This document shows positions 62,764 through 64,000 of a stretch of 64,000 bases of DNA, one piece after another. The first letter of the stretch is position 1. Each line of letters starts with the position of its first letter. The translations under genes were made by a program, and so were the position numbers. The notes below the pieces were generated by a model. It was given only the letters and a program-made list of their open reading frames with translations, searched no databases and was not told the origin of the DNA. This DNA is from Candidatus Dadabacteria bacterium (GTDB lineage Bacteria; Desulfobacterota_D; UBA1144; Nemesobacterales; CSP1-2): positions 256,001 to 320,000 of the forward strand of contig CAWDVW010000007.1 of the NCBI GenBank assembly GCA_963805855.1. The letters are read 5' to 3'.

Positions 62764-62854
62764 CACGATGCAGGATGCACGATACAAGATACGGAATGCA
62801 AGATGTATCTTCGGTCATCAATCATGAATCATGCATCTTGGATCGTGTATCGTG
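62764..62854. repeat. Long heptad hairpin in the tuf leader
   Basis: CACGATG-CAGGATG-CACGATA-CAAGATA... arm pairs with ...CATCTTG-GATCGTG-TATCGTG. Confidence 0.8.
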
Positions 62855-62875
62855 AAGAATTGGGAGGTAAAGACA

Positions 62876-64000
62876 ATGTCTAAGGCGAGATTTGAGAGGG
62901 GCAAGCCGCACTTAAACATAGGGACGGTGGGTCATGTGGACCATGGTAAGACGACATTGACGGCGGCGATAACGAAGGTATTGGAGAAGCAGGGCAGAGC
63001 GAAGTACGTGGAGTTTTCGGATATAGACAAGGCGCCGGAGGAGAAGGAGAGGGGGATAACGATAAACATAGCGCATGTGGAGTATGAGACGGAGAAGAGG
63101 CATTATGCGCATGTGGATTGTCCTGGGCATGCGGATTATGTAAAGAACATGATAACGGGAGCGGCGCAGATGGATGGGGCAATATTGGTGGTGAGTGCGC
63201 CGGATGGGCCGATGCCGCAGACAAGGGAGCACATATTGTTGGCGAGGCAGGTAGGGGTACCGTATATAGTAGTATGTTTGAACAAGGTGGACATGATGGA
63301 TGATGAGGAGTTATTGGATTTAGTGGAGTTGGAGGTAAGGGAGTTATTGGGGCAGTACGGGTTTCCTGGGGATGATGTACCGGTGGTGAGGGTGAGTGCG
63401 TTGAAGGCATTGGAGGGGGATGAGGGGGCGGAGAAGCAGGTAATAGAGTTAATGGAAGCGGTGGACAGTTATATACCGGAGCCCGTGAGGGAGATGGACA
63501 AGCCGTTTTTGATGGCGATAGAGGATGTGTTTACGATATCGGGTAGGGGCACGGTGGTAACGGGCAGGGTAGAGAGGGGGAAGATAAAGGCAGGAGACGA
63601 GGTTGAGATAGTGGGATTTAGTCCGACGAGGAAGACGGTGGCGACGAGTTTGGAGATGTTCAGGAAGATATTGGATGATGCGATAGCTGGGGACAACGTT
63701 GGGGTATTGTTGAGAGGGATAGGAAAGGAGGAGGTGGAGAGGGGGCAGGTGTTAGCGGCGCCTGGGAGTATAACGCCGCACAAGAGGCTAAATGCGGAGG
63801 TATATGTATTGAAGAAGGAGGAGGGGGGAAGGCACACACCGTTTTTCCCTGGGTACAGGCCGCAGTTTTATTTACGGACTACGGACGTAACTGGTTCGAT
63901 CAAGCTGCCTGAGGGGGTAGAGATGGTGATGCCTGGGGATAATATAAACATGGAGGTAGAGTTGATCTCGCCGGTGGCGATGGAGGAGCAGTTGAGGTTT
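62876..64000 (+). CDS. tuf: Elongation factor Tu (runs off window end)
   Basis: Not in ORF track. [41 protein letters not shown]...RGITI...[21 protein letters not shown]. Confidence 0.98.
   Translation, partial: MSKARFERGKPHLNIGTVGHVDHGKTTLTAAITKVLEKQGRAKYVEFSDIDKAPEEKERGITINIAHVEYETEKRHYAHVDCPGHADYVKNMITGAAQMDGAILVVSAPDGPMPQTREHILLARQVGVPYIVVCLNKVDMMDDEELLDLVELEVRELLGQYGFPGDDVPVVRVSALKALEGDEGAEKQVIELMEAVDSYIPEPVREMDKPFLMAIEDVFTISGRGTVVTGRVERGKIKAGDEVEIVGFSPTRKTVATSLEMFRKILDDAIAGDNVGVLLRGIGKEEVERGQVLAAPGSITPHKRLNAEVYVLKKEEGGRHTPFFPGYRPQFYLRTTDVTGSIKLPEGVEMVMPGDNINMEVELISPVAMEEQLRF

Noticed and set aside
62241-62827. ORFs 62241-62549 and 62546-62827
   Set aside because: They run through tRNA genes and repeats
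62351-62854. CRISPR array
   Set aside because: Only two exact 38-bp copies, separated by a tRNA; 7-bp periodicity; no cas genes in the window
62880-63837. Pro/His/Ser-rich minus-strand ORFs
   Set aside because: Antisense shadows of the G-rich tuf gene

Overview
Bacterial chromosome window from a diderm. Gene content looks Deltaproteobacteria-like, possibly Dadabacteria (inference only). Most of it is intact housekeeping DNA: 5' end of sucA, a GldA/F/G-type ABC operon, aspS, era, hisIE, rpoZ, a surface-polysaccharide block with a sulfotransferase, amidase, apgM, manC, gmk-relA-lepB-pyrRBC, lysS-lolE-lolD-bamA-skp-fabZ, the Thr-Tyr-Gly-Thr tRNA cluster and the 5' part of tuf. The accessory part is a decaying ~8.3 kb island in tRNA-Leu(GAG), bounded by a 54-bp direct repeat (31651-31704 / 39904-39957). 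It holds integrase relics at both ends, an orphan AbiEii-nucleotidyltransferase/WYL-like/Zn-finger gene split by one frameshift, a RAYT transposase pseudogene between perfect 24-bp inverted repeats, secreted acidic proteins and a probable reverse-transcriptase N-terminal remnant. Outside the island: two tandem FmdB-type zinc ribbons sharing a 74-aa inserted domain, a GTAG REP family with a RAYT relic, heptad-repeat hairpins flanking a four-helix-bundle gene and filling tRNA spacers, an extremely G-skewed tuf, and a bamA-skp-fabZ cluster lacking lpxD/lpxA. No CRISPR array was seen. Family calls come from motif recognition, not database searches.
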